The notes under the pieces are model-generated. The model saw only the letters and a list, made by a program, of their open reading frames with translations, did not search any database and was not told the DNA's origin. This document shows positions 37,598 through 51,444 of a stretch of DNA of 64,000 bases, piece after piece. The position numbers and the translations under genes are program-made. This DNA is from Lama glama (lineage: Eukaryota), in the NCBI GenBank assembly GCA_028534125.1, contig CM052816.1, positions 39,558,001-39,622,000 of the forward strand, read 5' to 3'. Every line of letters starts with the position of its first letter. Position 1 is the first letter of the stretch.

Positions 37598-40500
37598 TAC
37601 TAAATGTATGTATATAACTGCTTTCATAACTTTATCAATTCTCTTCATTTTTCCATAAATCTTACTTTCCATTGATATTCTGTGGACATTAAAATTTTAA
37701 TTGAGAAACATTAGGAAATGTGGATTCAAATTAGGAGTGCTGCATTTACAAAATTTAACTATACTCTTCAATAAAGGAAGTTCTTTACAGAAATTATACT
37801 TTATCAATAAAGATGATAATTCTTTAATAGTCTAACTGCAGCAGATAATATCATGGATACTCACATATCACCCACTCTACCCTCCAATTAAAGTAACACT
37901 GGTACAGAAAGCTTTGTATTTATTTTTAAAAAAAAAACATTTATACTTGATATATAAATAACTTGAATCTTAGATCCTGAATTAACATATATACTGAATT
38001 ATATAGAACCTAAGGGTTCAAAGAGCTTTTAGTTTCTGAAATTTTCATAATGGGTTGTACAAACGCTTTGTCAAAACCTGTGACTTGCAGGATGAAGAGT
38101 TTCTTAATGTTGCCAGAAAAACAAATAAATAACCTTAGAGTCTTTGTAAAGCTTTCCCCTAGTCACAAAATAATGGAACCCGTAGTTCCTGAAATGATTC
38201 GTAAGTCATTATTCTACCTTTGATTGAGCATCTTCATATAAACCTTCAGAATTTACAGAAAGAAAAAATACTCCAGCTATAAAACAAATTAGCATAACAG
38301 AAGACCCTCTTTGCCCATCTCTGTCATTAATATTTCATAAATGGCAACTGGGAAAATGGGGCTTAAATTCACTCTTCACAACTGTGTTTGAACTATTAGA
38401 CCATCATTCTATTTAGTATTAAAATACATCTATTTGGTGTTTTCTTTCATATCATCGTTGCAATATAAAATTGACATGGGGCAACAATTAGATAATCTTA
38501 ATGTGAAGCAAGCTGCAACTTGCATGAAGATAAAAACTTTAACCAATCCCTTTAAGCATAGCACATTGTCTAACTATTAAGTGTAAAAAAATAAAACAAA
38601 AGCAAAAATCTTTTAAAGCTATTTCTAGTCTTAAGTAATCAATATTATTTGGAATTTGGAAGTGAAACAACTAGTTTTAAGGAAAGAGCGATCTCTAAAC
38701 TTAAAATAAAACCTGCTATTTAAATGCGTTTTTGAATTTTGTGGAATGAGTGATGTGTTCAAGTTTGGTCTTTGAAAATTACTACTTGTCATCATCTGGG
38801 CCAATTATCTCTCTTTATAGGTAATAGTTGCTGTGGGGATTATTCCTGTCTTGATAAATTAGAATGGTGCAGACTTTGGAGGTGAGGCGCTGGATTTTCA
38901 TTATTTCTTCCACAATAAGTGAAATTATGTGTAATGAATTGTAATTTTGTTCACATACACGCAGGTGTTCACAGAAAATGTAGTTTTTCTTTGGTTTGCT
39001 TTTCTTTCATTTCTTTGCCACACACCTGTTGAGGAGAACAGGAGCCACAGTCCCACATGCTATATTTAGGACAATCCAGTAAATTCATTTAAATCCAGAA
39101 ACTTGAACTGTTTCTCTAGGTATACTCATCTGTTTTCAATGAATCAACGGCTCAAATTTCTTCCCTCTATGCCTGCTCCTGCTGATACTTTTTGAGCACT
39201 GGTCATAACGTTTGCATGCCCTTGTAGTAATGGCAGGAAACAGGGTGGTGAACCCAAAATGATTTTCTCTGTATCATTCACGTCTCCACTGAACAGTGGC
39301 TGATCCCTTCTGTTCCCTGTAGTGATGACCACTGAGGTGTAAATGAGTCCTCCGTCTCACTGGACATGGTGAGGGTATGTATCTTAAAGCATCTGATTCC
39401 AAATATCTGCCACACTTCATCACAACTTAGGTTTCTGCTGGCCCAATGAAAGCCTTTTCCAGGCCAAGAGGAAATTTCTGAATTCCTGTATACACCATCT
39501 GAAGCTAACAGGGAGTTAGGACTACTTCAGGCTTATCTAACTACTCCCATCTCCAGGTGCCACATGATTTCTCATACACTGAGCTGAATATGGTCACATG
39601 CCAGACTCACCCCAGGAGTTTGCAGCCTCCTTAAAACTGGTCAATAGTCATGTCACTGGCCACTTCCTCCTAACGTTTTCAAGATCTACTTTCTCCTACT
39701 GGGCATTTCTACAGGGGAAATATAAGGACACTACTGTCCTATTGTCCACTAGGGTCTTAATGGGTAGCTCTCCTACACTTTTCAAGGTCATCCTTCTCCT
39801 CTGAGATGATAGTCACTCTACCTCTTTTCTTGAAAACTCACGGCAGGTAGGGAAGAGAGGATAAACTGGTTTGCAGATAAGAATATAAATGGAGGGTATT
39901 TAAAAAATACAATTTCTGCTTTATATAGATGACTTCTCTTTTTCTTTACAAATAAATGTCAATAAATAGGCTTTTTAAAAGTGGGTCATTACTTTGTTAT
40001 TATAATAACACAAAACTACTTATCTATTATTAACTTTAAAACGTCTCTTCTGTCAAATACATAGGTTAAGTATGGGAAGCAGAATATAATGATCATGAAT
40101 GATTCAGGTAAGTGAAAAACAAAGTGAAAAGAAGTAATTTATGAGAAACATCATGGTGCTAACAATGTGGAGAGGCCAGTATCTATTTAGACTATATATG
40201 GAGTTATGTCATTCTTCTGAATGTCCACAATTAATATTCATAGTTTTTATTCCACAACCTTCAAGAATGGCCCATTGTTCACATCCTAAAGTCCTTGAAC
40301 CTGACATTCTGAGTCCATTATTTCTTGTTTATTGTCTGATGGGTTTGTATAAGTAACATCTGCCTTTTTCTAAAAAGATTCATAGGTTCAGCTTTAGTTG
40401 ACAGCACCCAATAACTTTCAACTGTGACTGCAGAAACTCAAGATTTTCACCAGCATTGTAAGGGAATGAAGGATGGATGGTAAAGGTTTTTATGATGATT

Positions 40501-41021
40501 TATGCTTATGATTTTCCTATTACAGTGAGGTTTTCTAGGAATAAAGATCAGTAACTATGTAAATTATATAGAATCATACATAAGAGAGTTTAAAAAGTCA
40601 GGGAAGCTTAAGTTCAATGCAGTGTATCTCATGACACCTCTGTTGTATCATATGGCAAAACAGTTTACTTCTTCTCACTGGCCCTTAATGAAAGTAAATT
40701 AAATTTTTTTCTTGTAAGACTGTCATCAATATGCATACTAATATAGATATATTAAATACATTGTGAAATACATGTTTTAAAATAATCTCTGGTAAAAACT
40801 GTAACTAGGATATTTGCCTTACAAATGTTAACAAGAGTAAACACAATATGAATATTCCCTAAATGCAAGACAAACCAGAAAAAAAAAACTAACAGAAAAG
40901 CATTAAAAGTATAAACTGTTAAGCAGAGAAACTGAAACCAACCCAGGTGTAATAATTACAGGACGATATTAAGTAGCCCATTTTTTCTATTAAAAGGTGA
41001 TAGTCTCACATTGGAACGTGA

Positions 41022-41235
41022 AGGGCTTATGATGCAGACACAAACTACTATGTACAGAAGAGATAAACAACAAGGTCCTATTGTGTAGCACAGGGAACTA
41101 TATTCAATGGCTTATAGTAATGTGTAATGAAAAAGAATATGAAAAAGAATGTACATATATTTTTGTATACCTGAACCACTATGCTGTATATCAGAAGCTA
41201 ATACAATATTGATAAAAAATACAACTTCAATAAAA
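41022..41235 (+). mobile_element. L1 3' UTR fragment
   Basis: 'gataaacaacaaggtcctattgtgtagcacagggaactatattcaa...cttcaataaaaaa'. Confidence 0.88.
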
Positions 41236-42348
41236 AACTGGAAAAAATAAACATTCTAACCTTGGGAAAAAAGAATTTTGCTAAGTGATACTTTTTAAAT
41301 AAACATAACTTCAAAAAAAGCTTTTGAACACTTAAGGTCCATCTTTAAAAGTTAGACAGTGTCATTTCTGTTACTTTGTATTGATGAAAATAATTCACAG
41401 GATAAACTCAGACTCTATAAAGAGAAACAGCCTCAATTTTCAGTGAGAGGAATGGGGACGACTTTGCAGCCATCTGGCATGCTTTATCGTCTCATCCATG
41501 TTTTTTGGATAAAAGCAAAATACATCAATGCTAATTCAAGAGAACTTTCCCTCTTTGGATTAGAGATTTCAAAAAATTAGGGGCACTTGACATTACCATA
41601 TTTTGACAATGCTAAAATGTGCATTTTTAATATTGTGTAAATTAAGAAACATGATTGATAGTATTTTACACTTATAATTGGTAGCATATTATTTTTCTTC
41701 ATATGAGGATGCAGCTTAAATAGTGGTTTAGATTTGATAAAATATCACCGTTTGGGGATTTTATGTATCTACTTAGCATTACTTATGCTCGTTTCAAGCT
41801 ATGAAAGTTTGAGATTTTACTTTATTCTATGCCCAGTGCTGTTACACTTGAATGTGAGTGTGGAGTCTCTGTTACGATAGTTTTTGACAGATGAAAAAAG
41901 AATCTATGGGCAGACCAGTCATATATGTCTGGGGTTAGTCAGAACAGACGAGGCTATAATGCCTTAAACAATCCCCACATCCATGGCTTAATGAAAGGTA
42001 TTTTTCTCGCATACTATGTGAACAATGAGGTTTGGTCGGGAGCTTTGTTTTATGCGGTCACTTAGGGACCGAAGCTGATAGAATGTTCACATTTCACTGT
42101 GTCACTGTCTGTACATATGACCTTCTGTTATCAGAGCTGGAAAAGACATGATTTGTACTGGCTCATTTGTGCTTTCAGCTGGTCCTAACTATCCGCTGCA
42201 CATTCATCTCAATTAATAATTATGGCACCACACAAATGAAAAGGGAGTTTGATATTTGGAGAGACAGATGGAATACCATGTGTGCCTCTTTCTTTCTACA
42301 TAGGCTGGTATTGCTTCTATTCAGGTGATTTGAAAGGACATCAGGAAT

Positions 42349-42490
42349 TCTCATGTTTAAAAAAGTTACCCTGCCATCAAATTATTTATGTTCTAATGTC
42401 CTTTTTAGAGACTTATACTCCCATGTTTTGAAAGTTACCCTGCAAGCTATTAACGTTCAAATGTCCATTATTAGAGATTTATATTCCAGT
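42349..42490 (+). repeat. Diverged ~70-bp tandem duplication (2 copies)
   Basis: Both units contain 'catgttt..aaagttaccctgc...tatt.a.gttc.aatgtcc...ttagaga.ttata.tcc'. Confidence 0.75.
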
Positions 42491-42966
42491 GGATTAAGAG
42501 AGTAGTTCTCATTAACATTATTATGTAATTAGACATTGAATACTTTGGGTTTAAATCATTACTAATATTAATACCTTGGTATGAATAAAGTTATTACGGT
42601 TTTTTTTTGTAATGGAACTTCATAAAATATAACTTGGTAGAGTGAAAAATCTAGCTTTAACTCAGTGAAGTGAGGCTTGAGTACCATGTTTTATTGAGGG
42701 ATTCTGTGCAACTCAGGCAAGGATAATGGAACTCAGCTTCTCGGATGGACAGAGGTATCACAGGAAAGCCTACGCTGAGTAAGTGGTGGCAGGGGAGCAA
42801 CACAAGCCTCACTTTGAGTGACCTACCCCAAAAACAGTGACTTAAAAACAATTGGGAGGGTCTTTGGTGCTGATCTTTAAGTATTTTAAAATCTCCGCCT
42901 CCAGAGCTTTTGGTTAGTTTTCCCTTACTCACTAGTTTTTGTTGGATGCAGGCCTGTAAACTATTC

Positions 42967-43140
42967 AGGGCTGATTTGTGTCCATGTGGTCTGTGCGGTC
43001 ACACGGGGCCCTAGTTAGAGGGACCCCACGCTTGATTTGATTTTCTGCTGTTGCCATTTTTGCAGTCTGGAAATGTTCTGAATAAGAGATGCCACATTTG
43101 AACTTTGCATTGAGCCCCATATTTTATGTAGTTACTCCTA
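42967..43140. mobile_element. MER91-like hAT-Tip100 element
   Basis: 'cagggc...ctgtgcggtcacacggggccc...agagggaccccacgcttg...tttgcattgagcccca.attttatgtag'. Confidence 0.7.
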
Positions 43141-43149
43141 TAACTAGTT

Positions 43150-43850
43150 CTAGGCAATTAGTTGTGAGTGGAAGTGATGTGTGTCACTCCTGGCCTAGTG
43201 CATTTATAATCAGGGCAAAATGCTGGACAGTTTTCTTCCCCTACAGGTAATGATCCAGGTTTTTCTGATAGCCTGAGACCAAGAGTCAGTGACATTTTGA
43301 GCAGAGGTGCCGGGTGAAAATAATGGTCATGTCCTATAAATGAGAAATAAGCTTGAGTTAGATTGCAGATACTGACACAGTTCTCAGTGTTCCATGTGTG
43401 CCTGACCCTTAGAAATGAGCTTTTACAGCTCCTCACATGAAGAGTGGAGTCTATTTCTCCACTCCTGAATCTCAGCTTTCTTGTAACTTGCTTTGGGCTG
43501 TTGTGGCCGTGAGGTTGTGCCTGATCTGAGCCCAACCTCTCGAGGCCTTCCATGCTTTCTCTTTCGGAACTCTGACAGCTGTCATGTCAACAAGCAGGGG
43601 CTAGCTTGCTGGGAGATGTGCAACCATGAGAAGCAGAGAACCACCACCCAACTTGAGACTACAAGTGTGTGTGAAATCCCAGCCATGAGCCCAGAGGCCC
43701 CCACCAGATGGCCCCCAGCTGACCACAGATGGGTGAGCCATCTCCTCTGAGGATGGTTACCCCTGCTGAAGAGCCGCTCAGGTGACCTATCAGCTTTCTA
43801 GCTACTGACTTTTAGTGCAATTTTATTTGGCAACAATAGCTGATACCAAG
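43150..43850 (+). mobile_element. MaLR (MLT1) LTR fragments
   Basis: 'gaagtgatgtgtgtcactcctggcc', 'gtggagtctatttctccactcctgaatct', end 'gcaacaatagctgatac'. Confidence 0.6.
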
Positions 43851-43889
43851 ATTGGAAAGATGACTTACCACAGCAATACTGACTGAAAA

Positions 43890-44100
43890 GCTATTTTTGA
43901 GCATGTACTCTGTGCTACAGATACTGTACTAAGGTCTTTACACATTATCACATTTGAGTCTTGTAACAGTTACACTGTTCGATTATTATTCTCATTTTTC
44001 TGATAGGATAACTAAAGGGGCAGGAAAACAATTCACCCAAGGGTTGCAATACATAGTACAGCTGAGTGCTGAGTGCAAGTCATGAAACTTCACCTCGGGC
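43890..44100 (-). mobile_element. MIR SINE relic
   Basis: 'ttgagcatgtactctgtgctacagatactgtactaagg...attattctcatttttctgatagg'. Confidence 0.6.
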
Positions 44101-45143
44101 CTGTTTTTGTAATTACTGCCTCATTTTGCTCAAGGTCACAGGAATTGCTAGTGGGAGATGTATTTATGTGACAACACAGATTGCTAGACATGGACATGAA
44201 GGTTTCTTATTTGTTAATGTTACTGGATGGAGGACCATACCTTGGAACCACTGTTCCTGGCTTTTGATCTTACGCTGGTTAAAATGTATTATATCAAAAT
44301 TCAGAGTATTTCTCTTGAAATGTACTGCTACTGATATTTTTTATATTAAGTGAAACAGTTTGATTTTTCTAAGAAACGTTATTATTCACTTCCTCTATGT
44401 GTTGGTTGCAAGAGAACCACGTAATTCTTAATTGTAATGAGAAATTTTGTGGCAAAATCTTACAGAACTTCTGAAACTCTGGTTATTCTTTTGATTCAGA
44501 ACTGCCTGGAAAAACTGTGGTTATAGGTTGCAGGGAGAAGATTTAGTACTAGGGTTTTTAATACTCAATCTCACCATATTTTCAGGCTGTAGTTTTACAA
44601 AAATAGTAGTTTATGTCAATCTAGATTGCTCTGGTAATTGAAAAAGAAAGAGAACTGCAACTTAATTTGTTTCCTCAATGGCTGTGTAAAAGCAGACATT
44701 CCATAATGATGTTAACCACAGGAGGTCGTGGTGAAAGATAGCCCACTGGTATTTCGATTATCACAATGAGTTCATATAGGCATCACTGATGAATGGTTAT
44801 TATTGTATATTCACTCTCAACTTCCCTGAACTCCATTAGGAAAGTTTATAGCACAGTTGTATCATTATAAGTAACATGAACAGCTAGAAAACCCTGAAGA
44901 AAACATAGTTAAATGGTGAATTAAGTAGTTTACTTAAATGGAAGAAATAGTTTAGTATTAATTAGAGAAATATTTTTAACTGTCCAGGCCTGGGCTTTTT
45001 GCCACATGCATGTGGGTGATGTCTATTTAAGCAGCAAAATCAGTATGTGGCCAGTTCCCATATACTGTCCAAAACAAATGCACTATTTTCACCAAAGTCA
45101 TCCAGTTGTAGACTGGCATCCTAGCCATCTTCTATGGCAGTTA

Positions 45144-45217
45144 TTGATTCCAGTGGCATGACAGCTGGTTTCCCTTCTTCTAAGTAAGAAACCAGCTGTT
45201 ACTTTCACTGGAATCAA
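45144..45217. other. 74-nt near-perfect inverted repeat (pre-miRNA-like hairpin)
   Basis: TTGATTCCAGTG (45144-45155) pairs with CACTGGAATCAA (45206-45217); TGACAGCTGGTTTC (45159-45172) pairs with GAAACCAGCTGTTA (45188-45201; one G-U); 15-nt loop. Confidence 0.85.
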
Positions 45218-45289
45218 ATTATCCTTCAAACATTGATGTTGAACACAAAGTTACTGTCTCCCAGTCCAACCTGAGAAGCTTCTGATGTA

Positions 45290-45790
45290 GAAGGAATCTG
45301 CCTCAACATAATAAAGGCCACATGAAAAGCTGACAGCTAACATCATATTCAATGGTGAAAAACAGAAAGTTTTTTCTAGGATCAGAAACAAGGCATGGAT
45401 GTCCATTTTCACCACTTCTGTTCAACACAGTACTGAAGTCCTACCAGAGCAATCAGTCAAGAAAAAGAAATAAAAGACATCTGAATCAGAATGGAAGAAG
45501 TAAAATAATCTGCCGGCAGATAAAATGATCTTATACATAGAAAACTTTGAGAATTTAACAAAAAATGTGAGAACTAATAAACAATTCGGTAAAAGTTATT
45601 GGATACAAAGTCAACATACAAGAATGAGTTGCATTTCTATATGCTAACAATGAACTATACAAAAAGAAAATTAAAAAAAACAGTCCCACTTACAATAGCA
45701 TCAAGGAGAATGAAATACTTGGAAATAATCCCACCTAAGGAGGTCAAACACTTACATATTCAAAACTATAGAACATTCATGAAGTAAACT
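45290..45790 (+). mobile_element. Old L1 ORF2 (reverse transcriptase region) fragment
   Basis: 'ctcaacataataaaggcca...acagctaacatcatattcaatggtgaaa...ggatcagaaacaaggcatggatgtcca' (RSGTRQGCP-like), then 'ggatacaaagtcaac' (GYK.N); frameshifted. Confidence 0.88.
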
Positions 45791-46309
45791 GTCTCGATTT
45801 CTGGAGAAAATTTAAAGATATCTGACTGTATGTATCATTTATTCTTAAATAAGTGAGTATTAACACTTTTGGAATAAGCAAAGTCAGGTACCCAACTTTA
45901 TGCCATTTACAGCAAATCTATTTGCCAGCCATTTACTGAGTATGTGCCAAGTGCCAGATTTTGTGCTTGGCACTTTACAGACTATCCTTTATCCTCACAA
46001 TCAGCCTTCAGGTTAAGTATTTCCTTCCCTTATCAAGCAATTCCAAAATGTGTAATTATAAACAAGTTCTCTTTTAGCATATTATTCTATCCCATTACAG
46101 TTATTTGAAAACTGTATTTCTGTTAATGGTAACTAAACCAGGGATCAAACTAGTAATGTTGATAATACAGTATCTAAGTATCCACTAAGATGGCTCCACA
46201 GTATGTCAAAACATTAGTAAAATGAAAAAAAAATCACGATGTAAAGAGGAGCAATAGGAGATATCACCTTGGTGCTTATTTCACCAGTCACATGGGAGTG
46301 AATACATAA

Positions 46310-46870
46310 GACAGTGTTGGATTTCTCTTTCTACCCAAAAGACATTTCTTCCCTTCCTCCTTATTAACAAAATCAGAATCTGATTTTGTTCAATTATTTA
46401 CTCCAAAAGGATAATAACCCTGCTCAAAATTTAGGGGTAAATGTGCTTCAGTGAAGTTATGGAAACCCCAGACCTCTTACAGATGATTAATCTGAGATGT
46501 GACACAATTCCATTCAATGAGATGTGAAGGAACATCAGCCACGAGGCTTCTTGGAAAGGTTTCTGTGATTTTTTAATACAATTAAATTGGAATAGACAGC
46601 ATCTTTTCCCTGCTATTGGACATTATTTTTTTCTGTGCCGTAGGAAATGCAGTAGCTACTGTGTGATAACAGGGCAGTTGGAAAAGGGACAAGACCAATG
46701 CAGTGAGGACGGCAGAGAGAAAAAAATGGAATGTCCAAGGTTTTAGGTACATTTTTTGAACTTTTGAAATAATCACTTCCAACGTTACACTATCTCAGGC
46801 TTTCTCAGAACATAAAAATCTTTATTAAACTTCACTTATTTTGAATTAAACTTTTTGTTACCTATAGCTA
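46310..46870 (+). mobile_element. Old MaLR (MLT1) LTR
   Basis: 'gtgacacaattccattcaatgagatgtgaagg...ggcttcttggaaaggtttct...tttgttacctatagctaa'. Confidence 0.55.
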
Positions 46871-47539
46871 AGGTACAGCTTATTTGTTACAGTATGCAAA
46901 GTATGAAGAGCACGGAAATTCTAGTGAAAGAAGAAACTGGTTTGATCTACAATTTGTTCTATGTTTTCTCTTTTTGGGATTCTGAGGCCAGTGTTGCCTA
47001 ATTTGCTTAATAAATCATTTTTCCTACCACTTAGTTCTCAAACTCAAATTATAATCAATAAAGATATAAAGTATCTCAACTAGACTCAGATTCCCCAGAA
47101 TATATAGGATTTATTTCCAACTATACTTTAAAAAATTTGGTTACTTATTTTTGAGTTTTCTCTGGCCATCACCTAGAGTTTCACATCTCAATCAGTGAGG
47201 TTATAAAGTGTGAACAAAAATCTCAGGAGTATTTTGACCTTTTAGACATAGAAATAACTTTTCAGATTTATCTAATCTCAAGTCATTTCTTTAAGGATAT
47301 AGAAGGACAATCAATTACAATTCTAGGACAAAAACATAGCACAACTCAAAACAGATGAAACTGATTTGTCAGTAATTTCGAAGGCGGCATAAAAGGCCAG
47401 AAGTGGGAACTTATAAGGCCCTTAATAACCTAGCCCTTTTAAAACCTCTCTCCTCTTACCCCATGCATTATCTTTCTCTGGTCTCTCCCCATGAGTTTGC
47501 TTGAGAAAGACAGTTTCTTCCCATTTGCTCATTGGAGTC

Positions 47540-47910
47540 AGAGTTTCACTCAGCTGAGATCTTTCTCTTTGACCCAGCATCTTCCTCCTGGAACGTTCAT
47601 TCTCCAAATCTCAAACTCATCAGTTCCTATTGCTTGTTCACTTTTCAGTTTAGTACCATTTTCTCCTTGAAGCTTTTCCTGACCCACTGTGGCCTGTTTA
47701 GGTACCTTCCTATTCAGGGTGCACCTGCTGCTTTTCCCACTATGGCACTAATTCTATTATACTGAATTTCACTGTTTATAATAGACTTTGAGCTCCAGGA
47801 GAACAGGGTTGTGTTTGACTTGTTTGTGATTTCATAGCCAGCATATAATACTTCAGTGCCTAGTACTTAGCGGAGGCTTAATAAGCACCTGTAGTTTGAA
47901 TGAATAAATA
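47540..47910 (+). mobile_element. L2 3' fragment
   Basis: 'tagactttgagctccaggagaacaggg...cagtgcctagtacttagcggaggcttaataa...tgaatgaataaa'. Confidence 0.6.
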
Positions 47911-49555
47911 ATTATTCTGAGCAACGATGCTGGCATTTTAGAGTTTATCAGAGGAGAAGAGATTACACATGTGAAGAATGGAACTGGAGGCTTTGAGAGA
48001 AAAAATAAACTCAGAGGATGGGTAGATCATTGCAATGTTTTCAGGATGTAAAACCCTACCGAGCTGTGGGTTTAGTTTTATAAACACCAAAAGCTATTAA
48101 ATAAGTACAGTATTTTTTAGCTTTCTACTATGTATGAGATCCAGATGTTGGTTACATACCGATGAATAAAACTTTGGCTTCTGTGCCTTCAGGGACCTCG
48201 TATAATCTATGGAATGAGTGTCTGAATAATACGTTTTTACACAGTACTTTCAAGAAGTATTTGCAGTTACTCTCATTCCCTCAAACGCCTCTTCTTACAC
48301 CAACCCATTTCTCTATCAACAAATCTTTCCAAGGACTTCAAATTTAGATCCCTGGGTAGGAGGTTTGGCTCGCTTATCTCTACATGGCCTATCTAGTAGT
48401 TATCTTGGCAAATCTACATGTGTTCCACTTTAAATTATTGATCTTGTAGCAGTTACAAAAAGAGATAATAAAAATAAAGAAACATATTGGGCCCTTAATT
48501 AATGAGTGGTTCTAAAAGCAATGTCAAGATGGGCAAAAATTTAAAGTAAAAACAGATTGAAGTGATGAAACAATAATGTAATTTAACCTCTCTTGATACA
48601 ACAAATAAGCTGAACGTTCTTGTGAAACTGACCCTGGCCCAGGTACTTGACAGGTCTGATTACCGTGTATCAGGCCTGTATGCTTCATTGGTAGATAAAT
48701 GTTATGTAAGGTTGAACTGGGTTAGAACTTCATAGACTGATGGACATTTTTATTATGAAAGTCAATTTTCAGCACAGCTGAAGCCAGCAGACAATAGATC
48801 AAGGCTAATACAATGGGAAAGAATGAGAAATATTTCTGTATTACAAACCAGAGTCCATTTTCTTGCTAATGAGACTTAAATCCTGCTTTCATATTCAGTA
48901 TGGAGACTGAGCTCTTCATGTCCAAAATAATTTTGTGAAAACAGGTTGTTCAATAGGGGCACACAGTAAGCAAAAACCCAAATAAATGAAACAAAATACT
49001 GACATTTTAAAAATTAGAAAACAAATCTAGTTTTCTATTTTATAAAGTAACCAAAAACCCTTTAAAATAACATAACTAGATTATAAAGACCATTTGTAAT
49101 AAAAGGTGTCACTCATTTTACTATACTAACCAAACTGCTGTTATTAACAACTATATTTCTTTCCAAGCTTTTACCTTTTTAAAAATAACAATTCTTTTTT
49201 TCTTGAAAATTTTCATTGTTATGTATACATGTATCTATAGCTATATATAGTTTGTTTATTCACACATGTACATATATTTAAACATACATGTGCAAAGTTT
49301 GTTTTTTCCCAAGGGGTAGGATTTTATTATCCTGACTCTTTCAATATCTAGTAATTTTAGATCAAATACCATTTTCTATTAAGTTTTTAGAGATTCCAGA
49401 TGATACTTCCACAAGAAAAAATAAGAGAACTAAAAAAGACCCATAGGTGATCTTGACATTAGCATTTAAAGGTTAGAGCTTTAATTGAATTATCATGTTT
49501 ACAAAAATAGGGGGAAAAAACTAGGGCAAAAAGTTGAAATGATTGGGAAACTTAC

Positions 49556-50492
49556 TAGACTGCACATGGAAAGTTCTTCATTATCTGAGCTAGAGCTTTT
49601 GGATAATTTGCTGCAATTTCTACATTAGCACTTGCTCCTTCACCTTGCACTTCTGTGTTTTGAAGACAGCTTCTTTCCTTAAACCTCATGAACCAACCTC
49701 TGCTAGCTTCAGACTTTCCTTCTGCAGCCTCCTCACCCTTCTCAGTGTTCAAAGAACTGAGAGAGTTGGGGTCTTGCTCTGGACAAGGCCTTGGCTCAAG
49801 GGAGTATTGTGTCTGGCTTGATCTCTACTCATACCACTAAAATTCTTTCCGTATCAGCAATAAGGCAGATTCGCTTTCTTATAATTCTTGTGTTCACTGG
49901 AGTAGCACTGTTGATTTCCTTCAAGAACTTTCCCTTTGCATTCACAACTTGGTTAACTGGCACAACAGGCCTAGCTTTCAGCCTATCTCAACTTTTGCCA
50001 CATCTTCCTCACTCAGCTTAATCATTTCCAGCTTTCGATTTATTAAAGTCAGAAACATGAGACTCTTCCTCTCACTTGAACACTCAGAGGCCCCTGCAGG
50101 GTTATTAATTGGACTGATTTCAATATTGTTGTTTCAGGGAATAGGGAGGCCCGAGGAGAGGGAGAGAGGCGGGGGACAGTCAGTCAGTGAAGCAGTCAGA
50201 ACACACACAGTCAGGCTCTCTGTCCTATGTGGACGTGGTTCATGGCTTTCCCAAACAATTACAACAGTAACATCAAAGATCACTGATCACAGATCACCAT
50301 AACAAATATAAATAACAAATATAAAGTTTGAAATATCATGAACATTACCAAAATGTAATACAGAGACAGGAAGTAAGCAAGTGCTACTGGAAAAATGGTG
50401 CCAATAGACTTGCTAACTGTAGGGTGGCCATAAACCCTCAATCTGTAAAACAACTCAGCCTCTGTGAAGCACCATAAAACAAGGTATGCCAT
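49556..50492 (-). mobile_element. Tigger1 DNA transposon, 5' part with degenerate transposase N-terminus
   Basis: ORF 49555-49752 '[32 protein letters not shown]' is the Tigger/CENP-B-type HTH region; TIR remnant 'caaggtatgcc' 50480-50490. Confidence 0.93.
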
Positions 50493-51444
50493 TACAGGCT
50501 TTTCACAGGGTGATTTTTATGAAACTGATGTTTTAGTATTAGAAATGGCAGGGTTCTACTTTACATTTCATGATTTTCTTCAAGATGCTAGAAAAATAAT
50601 ACCCACACTCTTATACACAAAACCCAAATACTGAAAATTCCACTGCTCAGTACTTTCACTACTTTTAAAGAGAGGAAAAGAGCAGTATGCCACCTTGTAT
50701 AACTAGAGAGTTTAATAATTATAATAATAAAAAGCTCATATAAAGAACAAAATGAGCTGCACTTGCAAAAGGAGTATAGCACACATTAAAATTTGCTCGA
50801 GTAAGTGCTTCTTCCTTTTAATGAGCTAAAGCATATTCTGTGTCTACAATTGGGTACATTCCTATCAGGCAGGAAAGGGCTATTAAAGTTTGGAGAGGCC
50901 AGAATATAGCAAACTCGTGAATATTAAATACTTAATAATGTCTTCATGCATACAGTGATTCTTCCTGACATCATTAGTGGATTTTAATGACATGTATATA
51001 ACGACTATATCTGTAATTATTATTCTTATTTTTAAGGGAGAGTGCACTTATTTATGAATTTTAATTGTACACCAAAAGTCTGAATATTCAAACTATAATA
51101 ATCACTGTTTTTATTCCTACAATGAGATTAAATCAAACTAAATAGCCTAAGAACTCAGCACTGAAAAATTATAAAGTAATAAATGCACAAGAAAAAAAAA
51201 ACGTGTCAAACATGACTTATTCTGACAGGGTCAGAAAATGTTTTCTGTACTGAATGAGATTTCAAGAAAATTTCCATTCTCAGGGGCTAAGTTATAAACA
51301 GGAAGTGTGATCATTAAATCTACAAGCAGTTACAATCACTTGACAAAGTGAAATTTTAGCAGATGACAAAACTGGATGATTAAACAGTTCACTGTAGTAC
51401 TGTTTGTCTCAACTAAAAGTTCTGGAAGTCACACATATGAAATG

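Noticed and set aside
49555..50302. Transposase-like ORF as a domesticated gene
   Set aside because: Fragmented Tigger1 fossil lacking the DDE domain
50765..50822. AAGTGCT (miR-302/371-type seed) in a weak stem-loop
   Set aside because: Stem is only ~15 bp with mismatches and a ~22-nt loop; mature sequence does not match; no cluster
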